This document shows positions 1 to 13,500 of a DNA stretch of 64,000 nt, in pieces. Position 1 is the stretch's first letter, and each line of letters begins with the position of its first letter. Below the pieces are notes generated by a model. That model had not been told where the DNA came from. It worked only from the letters and a program-made list of their open reading frames with translations, and did no database searches. This DNA comes from Antedon mediterranea (taxonomy: Eukaryota; Animalia; Echinodermata). The stretch is taken from contig NC_092674.1 of assembly GCF_964355755.1 (NCBI RefSeq), forward strand, positions 17,670,001-17,734,000. The letters run 5' to 3'. Position numbers and translations under genes: made by a program.

Positions 1-279
1 TCGATCTCTGTACGTAAAATCGGGGTCGATGTATGTACGTAAAATCGGGGTCGATGTCTGTACGTAAATACGGGATCGATGTCTGTTCGTGAAATCGGGG
101 TCGTTGTCTTTATGTAAAATCGCTGTCGATGTATGTACGTCAAAGCGGGGTCGATATCTGTACGTTAAAACTAGGTCGATGTCTGTAAGTAAAATCGGGG
201 ATCTGTCTGTACGTAAAATTGAGGTCGATGTCGGTACGTAAAAACGCGGTCGATGTCTGTATGTAAAATCAGGGTCGAT
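1..279 (+). repeat. Satellite A (25-bp unit GATGTCTGTACGTAAAATCGGGGTC), left block
   Basis: Tandem 25-bp units running off the window start. Confidence 0.95.
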
Positions 280-2443
280 CAGTGGGACAGCCAGTCGACA
301 AATCGTGTCAAATTTCGACTCGGAGAGGGCGCCCTACTTTTCTAATTTAGTTCAAAATTGCTAAATTTTAGGGTGTTGGAAAAACACAATATTTGTAAAT
401 TTAGCTGATTATCGGAAAAATATTGTTAGTGAATTAAATTCATAAATGGTTTTAATATATTGTCATGTAAAATTAAATGTATTTGAACAAAACGATAATC
501 TGTAATTTAACGGCAAAATCAACCAATGTCTTTTTTCCGAAATTGTACCCTAGAAAATCGTTAAAATAAAATATTTAGAAAAATTGAACAGTCCTGAATT
601 TAAAATCCCTGTTAGAAAAATTAATAATCTACAGAATACGATATTAAGATACAAAATTCGGTGGTTCGGATGCAGCTCCGACTATTCAAACTAAAGGTAC
701 CACTATTTGTTCCATCGAAAACTAGCGAAACCGCCATTTTGTAAACACATCGTCATCGTGTTTATGAATTTATTCATAGCGAACGATATACGCGATGTTT
801 ATAATTGTCCGCGTATAAGAATTCATATAAATAAATATATTCCAATACAACGTATATTATTTCTTGTTTATTTATCACAGTATACATTTTAGTTGAGGAA
901 TATTTATCATAACTATTATAATAGCTTTTATACGAGTCCGAGGCCTAGCCCTATTAGCGAGCGATTGTTCCAGGGGCGGAAAGTCACTTAGTGACGTTGT
1001 GATCGGGCGCGTCGGGCCTAGCTAATATTAATAATATGACCTGAAATAAGCGACTAACAAGAACTGTTATATACTTGCTTACAATTGTTTTGTTATTGAT
1101 GAACAAACAAGCAATTAGATTGAATAACAAATTATTTATTCATTTTTTTTGGGTAAAAACATGTACAAACTATGCCCTAGTACTGTATATAAATTAATAG
1201 TAATATTAAACTAATTAATACAGTATTAATAAAATATAAAATAGGCCTAACATACAATAAATATTCAATTTTTAAGGTCTACCACATGACAATAACATAA
1301 TTTACAGAGTGTAGGTTTGCATTCAACTTAAATATTTGTATTGTAATTCATCTAAATCCTCTGCAACATACATATATTTGTAATTCAACATTTTGTTTTA
1401 AATAATTAAATTATAGTTTGGGTATGACAATGTCTGGTACCGGTGTCATCTTTTTATCCACTTCACTCTCAGTTTGAAGTCACAAAGACAAAGAACTCTG
1501 CATCATCAACGATTCCTGAAAGTGTCAGAAAAAATAATAAATATTATTTTTAAAAAATTTTAATGTCTGGTTGTATATATAATTATAATATATGATGACA
1601 TAAAAGTAAGGCAAATGGAAGCTGTATTTTATTAATTAATATTAGTATTACAGTATTTGCTATTATTATTTATATAATCTAGGCCTACTAGTAGCATAGC
1701 TAGGCATCTATTGAGCCTAATAAATCAAATAATAAATGAAAAATAAAATAATAATATTAATACTGATTGAAAAAAAGTATTTTTTGTGGGGGATCAGATC
1801 ACCAGGCTAGGCCGGCCAGGACCAATGATACTCGTAATCAGTACTGTACAACTTAACGACTATCGGATCAGCATCAACACAGTACAACACACGTCTCGCT
1901 ATCGCCTATACTGACACACGTGTCTCGCTTTGCCGAAACCACGCTCACAGCTAGAAAATGTACCTACCTTTCGAGGCCTGAGAATACACCAACAAATTTT
2001 GAACAGGATAGAAATATATCATACTCGATTAAACTAATATTATTCTTGATAAAACAATTGATTATAATTTTTTTAATTTGTTGGGATGCACCTCCGACTA
2101 TTCAGAAAATGGACAACAAAACAGTAGTCAAATCGTACCACATTTATAAATTTCACGAGTTCCGAATTCAGTCGCCGAATGTATTGTATTAGCTTCGGTT
2201 TCTTTGAAGGAAACCGATTGGTTATTCAATTATACTTATCAGGAAATGCTTTTACCATAATAGGTAATGTTGGGCGGTTCTTAAATATTCATGAGAGCTT
2301 AAAATAAAACAGCACTTATTTGCTTGGCGACGAAAATCGTGGTTTCAGTTTTCAACGATAGGTGGCGCTTCAAAATCGTCAATGCGGAAGTAAGTTGATT
2401 TTACACGATTTAACGGCCAAAACGCGAAGTGGCTTTCCCACTG
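280..2443. mobile_element. Non-autonomous DNA transposon, CAGTGGG termini, 4-bp TSD; superfamily unresolved (Chapaev/CMC-like candidate)
   Basis: Left end CAGTGGGACAGCCA; right end reverse-complements to CAGTGGGAAAGCCA; CGAT duplicated at 276-279 and 2444-2447; removing the element restores the satellite unit (gggtcgat|gtctgtacg). Confidence 0.85.
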
Positions 2444-5075
2444 CGATGTCTGTACGTAAAAACTAGGTCGATGTCTGTACGTAAAAACGGAGTCGATATA
2501 TGTACGTCAAAACTAGGTCGATGTCTGTTTGTAAATTCAGGGTCGATGTCTGTACGTAAAAACTAGGTCGATGTCTGTACGTCAAAACGGGGTCGATGTC
2601 TATACGTAAAATCGGAGTCGATGTCTGTACGTAAAATCGGGGTCGATGTATGTACATAAAATCGGGGTCGATGTCTGTACGTTAAATCGGAATCGATGCC
2701 TGTACGGTAAATCGGGTTCGATGTCTGTACGTAAAAACGTGGTCGATGTCTGTATCTCAAAACGGGCTCGATTTCTGGACGTCAAAACGGGGTCGATATC
2801 TGTATGTCAAAACTTGGTCGATGTCTGTACGCAAAAACGGGGTTGATGGTTGAACGTAAAATCGGGGTCGATGTATGTACGTAAAATCAGGTTCGATGTA
2901 TGTACGTTAAATCGGGGTCGATGTCTGTACGTAAAATCGCGGTCGATGTCTGTACGTAAAAACTGGGTCGATCTCTGTACGTAAAATAGGGGTCGATGTA
3001 TGTACGTAAAATCGGGGTCGATGTCTGTACGTAAATAGGGGATCGATGTCTGTTCGTGAAATCGGGGTCGTTGTCTTTACGTTAAATCGGAGTCGATGCC
3101 TGTACGGTTAATCGGGTTCGATGTCTGAACGTAAAAACGTGGTCGATGTCTGTACCTCAAAACGGTGTCGATTTCTGTACGTCAAAACGGGGTCGATATA
3201 TGTACGTAAAAACGGGGTCGATATATGTACGTAAAAACGGGGTTGATGGCTGTACGTAAAATCGGGGTCGATGTATGTACGTAAAATCGGGTTCGATGTA
3301 TGTACGTTAAATCGGGGTCGATGTCTGAACGTAAAATCGGGGTCGATGTCTGTACGTAAAAACTGGGTCGATCTCTGTACGTAAAATAGGGGTCTATGTA
3401 TGTACGTAAAATCGGGGTCGATATATGTACGTAAAATAGGGATCGATGTCGGTACGTAAAATCGAGGTTGATGTCTTTACGTAAGAACTGGGTCGATGAC
3501 TGTACGTAAAATCGGGTCGATGTCTGTACGTAAAATCGGGGTCGATGTCTGTACGTAAAATCGGGGTCGATGTCTGTACGTAAAAACGGGGTTGATGGCT
3601 GTACGTAAAATCGAGGTTGATGTATGTACGTAAAATCGGGGTCGATGTCTCTACGTAAAATCGAAGTTGATGTCGGTACGTAAAAACGGAGTCGATATAT
3701 GTACGTCAAAACTAGGTCGATGTCTGTTTGTAAAATCAGGGTCGATGTCTGTCCGTAAAAACTAGGTCGATGTATGTACGTAAAATCGGGTTCGATGTCT
3801 ATACGTAAAAACTAGGTCGATGTCAGTTAAAAAATACGGGTCGATGTATGTACGTAAAATCGGGGTCGATATATGTACGTAAAATAGGGATCGTCGGTAC
3901 GTAAAATCGAGGTTGATGTCTGTACGTAAAAACTGGGTCGATGACTGTACGTAAAATCGGGTCGATGTCTGTACGTAAAATTGGGGTCGATGTCTGAACG
4001 TAAAATAGGGATCGATGTCGGTACGTAAAATCGAGGTTGATGTCTGTACCTAAAAACTGGGTCGATGACTGTACGTAAAAGCGGGTCGATGTCTGTACGT
4101 AAAATCGGGGTCGATGTCTGTATGTAAAATCGGGGTCGATGTCTGTACGTAAAATCGGGGTCGATTTCTGTACGTAAAAACTAGGTCGATGTCGGTACGT
4201 AAAAACTAGGTCGATGTCTTTACGTAAAAACGGGGTCGATGTCTGTATGTCAAAACTAGGTCGATGTCTGTACGTAAAATCGGGGTCGCAGTCTGTACGT
4301 AAAATCGGGGTCGATGTATGTACGTAAAATCGGGGTCGATGTATGTACGTAAAAACTAGGTCGATGTCTGTACGTAAATACGGGATCGATGTCTGTACGT
4401 GAAATCGGGTCGTTGTCTTTGCGTAAAATCGGTGTCGATGTCTGTTCGTCAAAACGGGGTCGATGTCTGTTCGTCAAAACGGGGTCGATGTCTGTACGTA
4501 AAATTGGGGTCGATGTCTGTACGTCAAGTCGAGGTCGATGTCGGTACATAAAAACTAGGTCGATGTCTGTACGTAAAAGCGGAGTGGATATCTGTATGTA
4601 AAAACGGGGTCGATGTCTGTACGTCAATACAAGGTCGATGTCTGTATGTAAAATCAGGGGCGATGTCTGTACGTAAAAACTACGTCGATGTCTGTACGTA
4701 AAATCATGGTCGATGTCTGTACGTAAAATCGGGGTCGATGTCTGTACGTGAAATCGGGGTCGTTTTCTTTGCGTAAAATCTGTGTCGATGTCTGTACGTC
4801 AAAACGGAGTCGATATCTGTACGTCAAAACTAGGTCGATGTCTGTACGTAAAATCGGGGTCGCTGTCTGTACGTTAAATCGAGGTCGATGTCGGTACGTA
4901 AAAACTAGGTCGATGTCTGTACGTAAAAATGGGGTCGATGTCTGTACGTAAAATCGGTGTCGATGTATGTACGTAAAAACTAGGTCGATGTCTGTACGTA
5001 AAAACGGGGTCGTTGTCTGCACTTAAAAACGGGGTCGATGTCGGTACGTAAATTCTGAGTAGATTTCTGTACGTT
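2444..5075 (+). repeat. Satellite A, main block
   Basis: About 100 tandem 25-bp units. Confidence 0.97.
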
Positions 5076-5956
5076 CCTATTAATCAAATAATCAACACAA
5101 AATTTCTTGGTATATTTATTGACGACAGACTTGACTGGAAAGCCCATGTTAATTACCTTTGCAAATTATTATCAAAACATGTTGGCATGATGTATAAATT
5201 GAAATCAATATTTCCTCAAAAAGTATTAAATATTTTATATTCTACTCTTATATTATCGTACTTAAATTATGGTGTTCTTGCTTGGGGAAATGCTTCAAAA
5301 ACAATTATTACTAAAATTTGATTAATCCAGAAACGAGCTGTCAGAATTATCTCAGGGTGCTCACACCCAAGATCTCTTTCAAAAAAAAAATATTAAAAAT
5401 TGAGGACCTCTATACATTTAATGTTGGAGTCATCATGTTTCAATTAACCGCTGGACACTTACCACCCATAATATCCAGTAAATTCACTCAAAATAAACAA
5501 TAACACACTCACCAAACAAGACAAAGAGATCACCTGCCACTTACTCGATCTAGTCTTAAAATGAACACCCTTGTATACACGGGACCTAAACTCTGGAAAT
5601 CTCTTCCTTTATCACTTAAACAATCTCATAACTGTGCCTTATTTAAACGTCAATTTAAACTATTATTGGTTGAAGGTTCTTTGTAAATTCTTTTATTATT
5701 TACTATTTGGATATTTCTTAAATAATTTATATAATCTATTTTTTACTTGTTTTTTAGTTTTAAACATGTTAAACTTATGTGTTAGAGAAAAGATATTAGT
5801 TAAATTGTTGTTTTTTTTGGAGTTTCTAATTGTGTTATATTATTTATATATTATTATTATTTGTTTTGAGGAGCCTATTCACCACAGGCTTTGCTTTTTT
5901 TTAGGCTCCTCCACTTTATATTTTTATATTTGTAAAGTGAAATAAATAAATGAAAC
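5076..5956 (+). mobile_element. 5'-truncated L2-group (Crack/Daphne-like) LINE, degenerate RT C-terminus plus 3' UTR
   Basis: Translates as TKFLGIFIDDRLDWKAHVNYLCKLLSKHVG...LYSTLILSYLNYGVLAWGNAS...QKRAVRII with a stop and frameshifts; 3' stem GAGGAGCCTA/TAGGCTCCTC; AAAT tail. Confidence 0.85.
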
Positions 5957-6221
5957 ATTGCCGCCAAGCAAAACATGTTGATGCTCAACGCGTGACACAC
6001 ATGGGAAAATCTTTTTACTCACCACATTGACAACCAACCATGATGGAAGGTGAACAATCGGCCCTGGTGCATTTTGGCCAGCATGCCAAAAAAATGTTTG
6101 TAAAAGAATGTAGTGGGAAAATGGAGATATTGGAGAAATGTGCTGAGGTACGTAAGGACAAATTTAAGCGTCTTGGGTTTCTTTCTTATTTTTGATTATG
6201 TTTTCTTTTGTTATTTGTAAT

Positions 6222-6570
6222 TCCTCTAGTTGTTCCCATGCACTGACGTCTGTGGCTTCATCTGCAGACAATCCGTATATACCACCACCATCCTTTATTC
6301 TGTTTACAAGTTGTTGCTGAATGTCCTCTGACATACAGTTGAGCAATTGAGTTTTTGTGGTCTTAGAAATATAGCTGGCGTTTCGAGCGCAACTACTTAA
6401 ATGGTCATTAAGCGACTCATCACTTTCTGCCATAAGTCGCAGCAACTCCTTTAAATTGCCCATGTGTGTGTCTGTTAAGGCAAGAGGTGATCCATCATCA
6501 CTGTGACCTCGTATGGATATCCCTTGTCGTCCACAATACTCCAGTGCACGAATTACCGAAAACATTACGC
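6222..6570 (-). pseudogene. hAT transposase fragment (Tip100/Zaphod, DUF4371/THAP12-like)
   Basis: ORF 6164-6565: YCGRQGISIRGH...GNLKELL...NASYISKT...IYGLSADEATDVS..EQL, which includes the first catalytic Asp motif. Confidence 0.85.
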
Positions 6571-6577
6571 ACGTAAA

Positions 6578-6770
6578 TACATACAGACATCGACCCCAAT
6601 TTTACGTACAGACATCGACTCGTTTTTAAGTAAAGATATCGACCCGTTTTTAAGTACAGATATCTCCCCGTTTTTAAGTAAAGATATCTCCCCGTTTTTA
6701 AGTACAGATATCTCCCCGTTTTTAAGTACAGATATCTCCCCGTTTTAAGTGCGGATATCTCCCCGGTTTT
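6578..6770 (-). repeat. Satellite A in inverted orientation, drifting to a 24-bp variant
   Basis: acagacatcgaccccaattttacgt is the reverse complement of the unit; followed by GATATCTCCCCGTTTTTAAGTACA repeats. Confidence 0.9.
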
Positions 6771-6772
6771 AA

Positions 6773-7296
6773 AGGCCAGGTGCGGGCAAAAAATTTCTAT
6801 TGATCATATATTACAGTAATTATCGATCTATAGCTTCCCCTATGTTTGATATTTTTTGGGATTTTATTTGTGTTACACAAGCTTGTTGAAAATAAGCACT
6901 TTCTTATCAGTGGGGGGATAGTTCAAATTACACAGTAAAATCTCTATTCTTTTATACACAAATGTTGTAAATAGAGAGGCATTTTAAAAAACTATTAAAA
7001 ATAAACGGCGTGGTAAAAAATGTTATCAGATGACTAAATATAGGTAATATATGTAAAACGAACTGTGGTCGAGCACGGACGTGTTTTGTTCGAGCTCTGT
7101 ACTTTACTATTTTTCCTTGTTTTCGACTGAGCTGAATCTGGTCTAACTACAAACTTTGATGTTTATGATCTGTTTAAGACTGTGCTGTAGTTAATTTTAC
7201 TGGTGTTTGACTGTTTCGTGAGTTTTTCTGTGTTTTTCTGTTACTTTAAAACACTAGCGTTGCACGTTATATTCTGGGCTTCTGAAACACCCGCTG
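6773..7296. mobile_element. Probable left end of a Kolobok-like element, truncated
   Basis: TTAA|AGGCCAGG start right at the satellite edge; no partner end found. Confidence 0.4.
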
Positions 7297-8473
7297 TTGG
7301 CCATTTTTCGAAAATTTCCCTGCGGGGGACCATATACTCTAGTAGCTAGATCATTTTTCGTATGCACTTTGAGGTCCAGAGAATTTGACTTCAGAAATTG
7401 GGTTAGGATGGTCAAACAATCATTTTTGGCTTGGTTACACATTTTGAAAATGTGGCGAAAGGTCAAAAGGTCAGGGTGAAAGGTTATGATACCAAACACC
7501 AATAGGTCCTAAATCTCAACAACCATTGGTCACAGCAAGGTAATTTTGGTCTCAAATTGATCGGAAGGTATACATTTATATTCAGTCTAATGGGACAATT
7601 TAGTCAAAAATGACCGGAAATGCCATTTCTGACCTTTGACCCACTACAGAGGGCATGTATGTATCTCCGTAAGTACTGGTCGTAGATACTTGAATTAGGT
7701 CCTAAAATGTTCGCAATATACATTTATTTATTTGTTACACATTTTGAAAAATGTTACAAAAGGTCAAAGGGTCAGGGTCAAGGAACAAACACAAATAGGT
7801 ACTTGTATCTTGGCAACCACTGGTCGCAGCAAGTCAATTTTAGTCTCAAAATGTTGAGAAGGCATGTATTCATATTCAGTCTAATGAGATATTTTAGTGA
7901 AAAATTATCAGAAATGCCATATCTGACCTTTGACCCACATACCAGGGCATCTTAATATCTCTGTAAGTACTGGTCGTGGAAACTTAAATTTGGTATCAAA
8001 TTGTTGGAAATATACATATTTACATTCATTCTAACAGAAAATTTGGTGAAAAGATGATCAAAAATACTATTAATTACTAATGTTTCAAACAAAAACATAT
8101 AATACCTCTACATAACTTATTCTTATATAAATGGTATGCAATAACTGATGCTTTAAATGGTTTCATTATAGGAATTACAACAAATCCTTTACTGTTTGTA
8201 ATTGTACTTTTGCTTATAATAATGTTAGAAAATATTGTTGACCCTACCCGAGGACGATCAAGCATTGATAGAAACGTCGAACTCAACAGTTCTTTTCAGA
8301 ATGCTAGAAGTAACTTACCGTAATTATCCGAATAAACGCCCCGGACATTTATTGTTCACAGGGGTGTTTAGGGGGAGGTATGTTTATTCGGTGGAGGCGT
8401 TTTTTGTTTGTTTTTGGTGTAATATGGTAAAAATATATGTATATCAAATAAATACACCCTAGATATAAAACAA

Positions 8474-8562
8474 GGCTGCAGTCGCGTGCTCAAGTGAGTG
8501 TTTACCGACCGACCAACCAACCGACCGACATAGTTAGCTGTAGAGTCGCGACGCGACTAAAA
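8474..8562 (+). mobile_element. Miniature Helentron/HINE-like element, copy 1
   Basis: AGTCGCGTGC subterminal repeat, (CCGA)n tract, 3' hairpin GTCGCG..CGCGAC then TAAAA. Confidence 0.55.
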
Positions 8563-9211
8563 GTACATCACAATTAATATTGTAATAAGAATAACTGGAA
8601 TAAACCTCCTTCATCCGGGTGCAAGTACAATCATGATATTGAAAAGGTATCGGAAATAACTATAAATAGACCAATTCATTGTCATCATTCTGTATATAAC
8701 ACTGTTGTATAATATTTATACACGTCTGTTCCCAGTGTACATAATAAAACAATATCTCTGGAGATTTATTATCAATATCACTAGAAACTTAGGTTTTTTT
8801 ATTTTTTAAGTACTAAATGCATTGACAATAAAAGCATCAGAAGTGTATTTTAAAATCATGATAAAATCATACTACAACACACTACAGGACACAAGGGTGT
8901 TTTCAGGAAAGCTGGACATATTGAAACTATGTATTGGCATATATATGTAAAAGACAGTGTTGATTGTTGACAAATTGTAGTTACAAACAAACAGATGACA
9001 AATTGTGTAATCGTGTCTCATATAGTGTCTCAGGATAATGATGTGTCATTGTTTTATATCATTATACTGGCACATGGAGAGGATTCGTTAAATGGAGCCT
9101 GTGACAGTGTCACTTTTATTCTAAAAGACAGAAACATTTTAAATAAACACTCACCCCTCCCTTCGATTTAAACGCCCCGCCACATGCATATACCCAACAA
9201 GGCCATATACA

Positions 9212-9303
9212 TGGCTGCAGTCGCGTGCTCAAATTTTAGTTAGTGTTTACCGACCAACCGACCGACATAGTGAGCTGTAGAGTTGCGTTGCACGCGACTA
9301 ATA
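9212..9303 (+). mobile_element. Miniature Helentron/HINE-like element, copy 2
   Basis: Near copy of 8474-8562. Confidence 0.55.
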
Positions 9304-10505
9304 ATTGTATCAACACATTTCAATGACTACCATAATCTACAATTTACCAAGCATTTTTGTATCACTTTTTGATAATAATTGTGCTGTATTTTTTTTCTGC
9401 TGTAGGTAGTATTTATTTGATTATACATACCATATTACACCAATAAAAAACGAAAAAACCCTTCTGAACAATAAATGCCCGGGGCGTTTATTAGGATGAA
9501 TTCAGTAAGTTACTTTAGCATTCTGAAAAGAATTCTGTTGGGCTCGACGTTTCTATCAAAATGTTTGATCATCCTCGGGGGTCAAAAATACTTTCTAGCA
9601 TTATTATAAGCAAAAATACCATTACAAACAGTAAAGGATTTGTTTTAAATCGTATAATGAAACAATTTAAAGCATAAGTTATTGCAAAACATTACTGTCC
9701 AAGGATAAGTTGTGTAGAGATATGTTATTTGTTTGAAACAATAACATTAGTAATTAATAGTATTTCTGGTCATCTTTTAACCAAATTTTCTATTAGAATG
9801 AATGTAAATATGTATATTTCCAACAATTTGATACCAAATTTAAGTTCCTACGACCAGTACTTACAGAGATATGAAGATGCCCTGGTATTTGGGTCAAAGG
9901 TCAGAAAGGGCATTTCTGATCATTTTTGACTAAAATGCCCCATTAGACTGAATAGGAATGCATGCCTTCTGAACATTTTGAGACCAACATTGACTTGCTG
10001 CGACCAGTGGTTGCCAAGATACAAGTAGCTATTTATATTTATTCATATAACCATTGACCCTGACTCTTTGACCTTTTGTAACATTTTTCAAAATGTGTCA
10101 CAAATAAATAACAAAATCTATATTTCGAACAGTTTAAGACCAAATTGAAGTGTCTACGACCAGTAGTTACGGAGATACATACATGCCCTGGGTTGTGGGT
10201 CAAAGGTCATAAATGGCATTTCCGGTCATTTTTTACTAAAATGTCCCATTAGACTGAATATAAATGTATACCTTCTGATCAATTTGAGACCAAAATTACC
10301 TTGCTGTAACCAGTGGTTGTCGAGATTTAAGGACGTGTTGGTGTTTGGTGTTATAACCTTTCACCCTGACCTTTTGACCTTTCGCCACATTTTCAAAATG
10401 TGTAACCAAGCCAAAATTGATTGTTTGACCACCCTAAACCAATTTCTGAAGTCAAATTCTCTGGACCTCAAAGTGCATACGAAAGTTGATCTAGCTACTA
10501 GAGTA

Positions 10506-13500
10506 ATAGGACTTTTTTTCTAAAAATTAAAATTAAAAAATTATGCTTAACATCATCTTATAGAGCCATAGTAACTAGTTATGTCAAAAAATAAAAGGGT
10601 CGAAATTTGGCAATTTTTCGAAAAATTTCCCTGCGGGGGACCATAGGATTTTTTTTTTCGAAAATGGTCAAAATTTTCATTGTTTAAAATTAAAAAATTA
10701 TGCTATAATATTGCCATTTATGCAAATATACTGTGCTAACATCATCTTATAGAGCCATAGTAACTAGTTATGTCAAAAAATAAAAGGTTTAAATTTTGCA
10801 ATTTTTGCGAAAATTTCCGTGCGGGGAACCATAGGAATTTTTTCGAAAAATGGCCAAAATTTCCACTTTTTAAAATTCAATAATTATGCTATATAATATT
10901 GGCATTTATGCAAATATATTGTGTTAGCATCATCTTATAGAGCCATCGTAACTAGTTATGTCAAAAAATAAAAGGGTCGAGATTTGGCCATTTTTCCTCC
11001 GGGGGACCACAGGAATTTTTTCGAAAAATGACCAAAATTTCCACCTTTTAAAATTCAATAATTATACTATAATATTGCCATTTATGCACATATATTGTGT
11101 TAACATCATCTTATAGAGCCATAGTAACTAGTTATGTCAAAAAATAAAATGGTTGAAATTTGGCCATTTTGGGGAAAATTTCCCTGGAGGGGAAAAAAGG
11201 AATTTTTTCGAAAAATGACTAAAATTTCAAATTTTTAAAATTCAAAAATTATGCTATAATATTGCCATTTATGCACATATATTGTGTTAACATCATCTTA
11301 TAGAGCCATAGTAACTAGTTATGTCAAATAATAAAAGGTTTGAAATTTCGCCATTTTTGCGAAAATTTCCCTGCGGGGGACCATAGGACTTTTTTTCAAA
11401 AAATGGTCAAAATTTTCATTCTTTAAAATTAAAAAATTATGCTTAACATCATCTTATAGAGCCATAGTAACTAGTTATGTCAAAAAATAAAAGGGTCGAA
11501 ATTTGGCCATTTTTCGAAAAATTTCCCTGCAGGGGACCATAGGATTTTTTTTCTCGAAAAATGGCAAAAATTGTCCACTTTTTCAAATTAAATAATTATG
11601 CTATAATATTGCAATTTATGGAAATATATTGTGCTAACATCATCTTATAGAGCCATAGTAACTAGTTATGTCAAAAAATAAAAGGGTCGAATTTTTGGAC
11701 ATTTTCCTAAAATTTCCCTGCGGGGGTCAATAAGAATTTTTTTCGAAAAATGGCAAAAATTCCCACTTTTTAAAATTTAATAATTATGCTATAATATTGC
11801 CATTCATGCAAATATATTGTGCTAACATCATCTTATAGAGCCATAGTAACTAGTTATGTCAAAAAATACAAGGGTCGAAATTTTGAAATTTTCCGAAAAT
11901 TTCCCTGCTGGGTACCATAAGAATTTTTTTCGAAAAATGGAAACAATTTCCACTTTTTAAAATTCAAATATTATGCTATAATATTGCCATTTTTGCAAAT
12001 ATATTGTGCTAACATCATCTTATAGAGCCATAGTAACTAGTTAGTTCAAAATATAAAAGGGTCAAAATTTGGCAATTTTTCGAAAATTTTCCTGCGGGAC
12101 ACCATAGGAATTTTTTCGAAAAATGGCAAAAATTTCCACTTTTCAAAATTCGAAAATTATTCTATAATGTTGCCATTTATACAGATATATTTTGCTAACA
12201 TTAACCAAAACGTCCACCGTTTAAAATTCAATAATTAGGCTATAATATTGCCATTTATGCACATATATTGTGTTAACATCATCTTATAAAGCCATAGTAA
12301 CGAGTTAAGTCAAAAAATAAAAGGGTCGAAATTTGGCCATTATAAACTTTTAAAACTTAAATAATTATGCTAGAATATTGCCATATACACAGATATATTT
12401 TACTAACATCATCTTATATTTTTCCTGCGGGGGACTATATGAATTTTTTCAAAAAATGGCAAAAATTTCCACTTTTTCAAATTCAATAATTATGTTATAA
12501 TATTGCCATTTATGCACATATATTGTGTTAACATCATCTTATAGAGCCATCGTAACCAGTTATGTCAAAAAATAAGAGGGTCGAAAAATGGCAACATTTT
12601 CCACTTTTAAAAATTAAATAATTATGCTAGAATATTGCCATTTATACAGATATATTTTAGAAAATTTCCACTTTCTAAAATTCAAAAATTATGTTATAAT
12701 ATTGCCATTTATGTACATATATTGTGCTAACATCATCTTATAGAGCCATAGCAACTAGTTTTGTCAAAAAATAAAAGGGTCGAAAAATGGAAAAATTTTC
12801 CACTTTTTAAAATTCAATAATTATGCTATAATATTGCCATTTATGCACATATATTGTGTTAACATCATCTTATTGAGCCATAGTAACAAGTTGTGTCTAA
12901 AAATAAAAGGGTCGAAATTTGGCCATTTATCGACAATTTCCCTGAAGGGGACTACAGGAATTGTTTTCAAATTTCCATTGTTTAAAATTCAGAAATTATG
13001 CTATAATATATCCATTTATGCAAATATATTGTGCTAACATCATCTTATAGAGCCATAGTAACTAGTTATGTCAAAAAATAAAAGGGTCGAAAAATGGAAA
13101 AATTTTCCATTTTTTAAAATTCAATAATTATGCTATAATATTGCCATTTATGCACATATATTGTGTTAACATCATCTTATTCAGCCATAGTAACAAGTTA
13201 TGTCTAAAAATAAAAGGGTCGAAATTTGGCCATGTATCGACAATTTCCCTGAAGGGGACTACAGGGATTTTTTTCGAAAAGTTCTCAAAATTTCCACTTT
13301 TCAAAATTCAATAATTATGCTATAATATTGCCATTTATGCACATATATTGTGTTAACATCATCTTATAGAGCCATAGTAACTAGTTAAGTCAAAAAATAA
13401 AAGGGTCGAAATTTGGTCATTTTTAGAACATTTTCCTGCGGGGGACCATAGGATTTTTTTTCGAAAAATGGCGAAAATTGACACTTTTTAAAATTCGAAA

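Larger units (their letters stand above)
7335..10505. mobile_element. Academ-like non-autonomous DNA transposon with ~1.1-kb inverted arms
   Basis: Termini TACTCTAGTAGCTAGATC / GATCTAGCTACTAGAGTA; arms ~7335-8460 and ~9405-10505; 3-bp TSD ATA; the empty site ggggaccATAggacttt matches satellite B. Confidence 0.85.

Noticed and set aside
2463-5022. Many ORFs with YRHRPRFYVQTST repeats
   Set aside because: Translations of the 25-bp satellite in several frames; not genes
1-5075. CRISPR-like short repeats
   Set aside because: Units are contiguous with no unique spacers, there are no cas genes, and the context is eukaryotic
6164-6565. Host THAP12/ZMYM gene
   Set aside because: Short fragment bounded by repeats with no further exons; a transposase relic is more parsimonious
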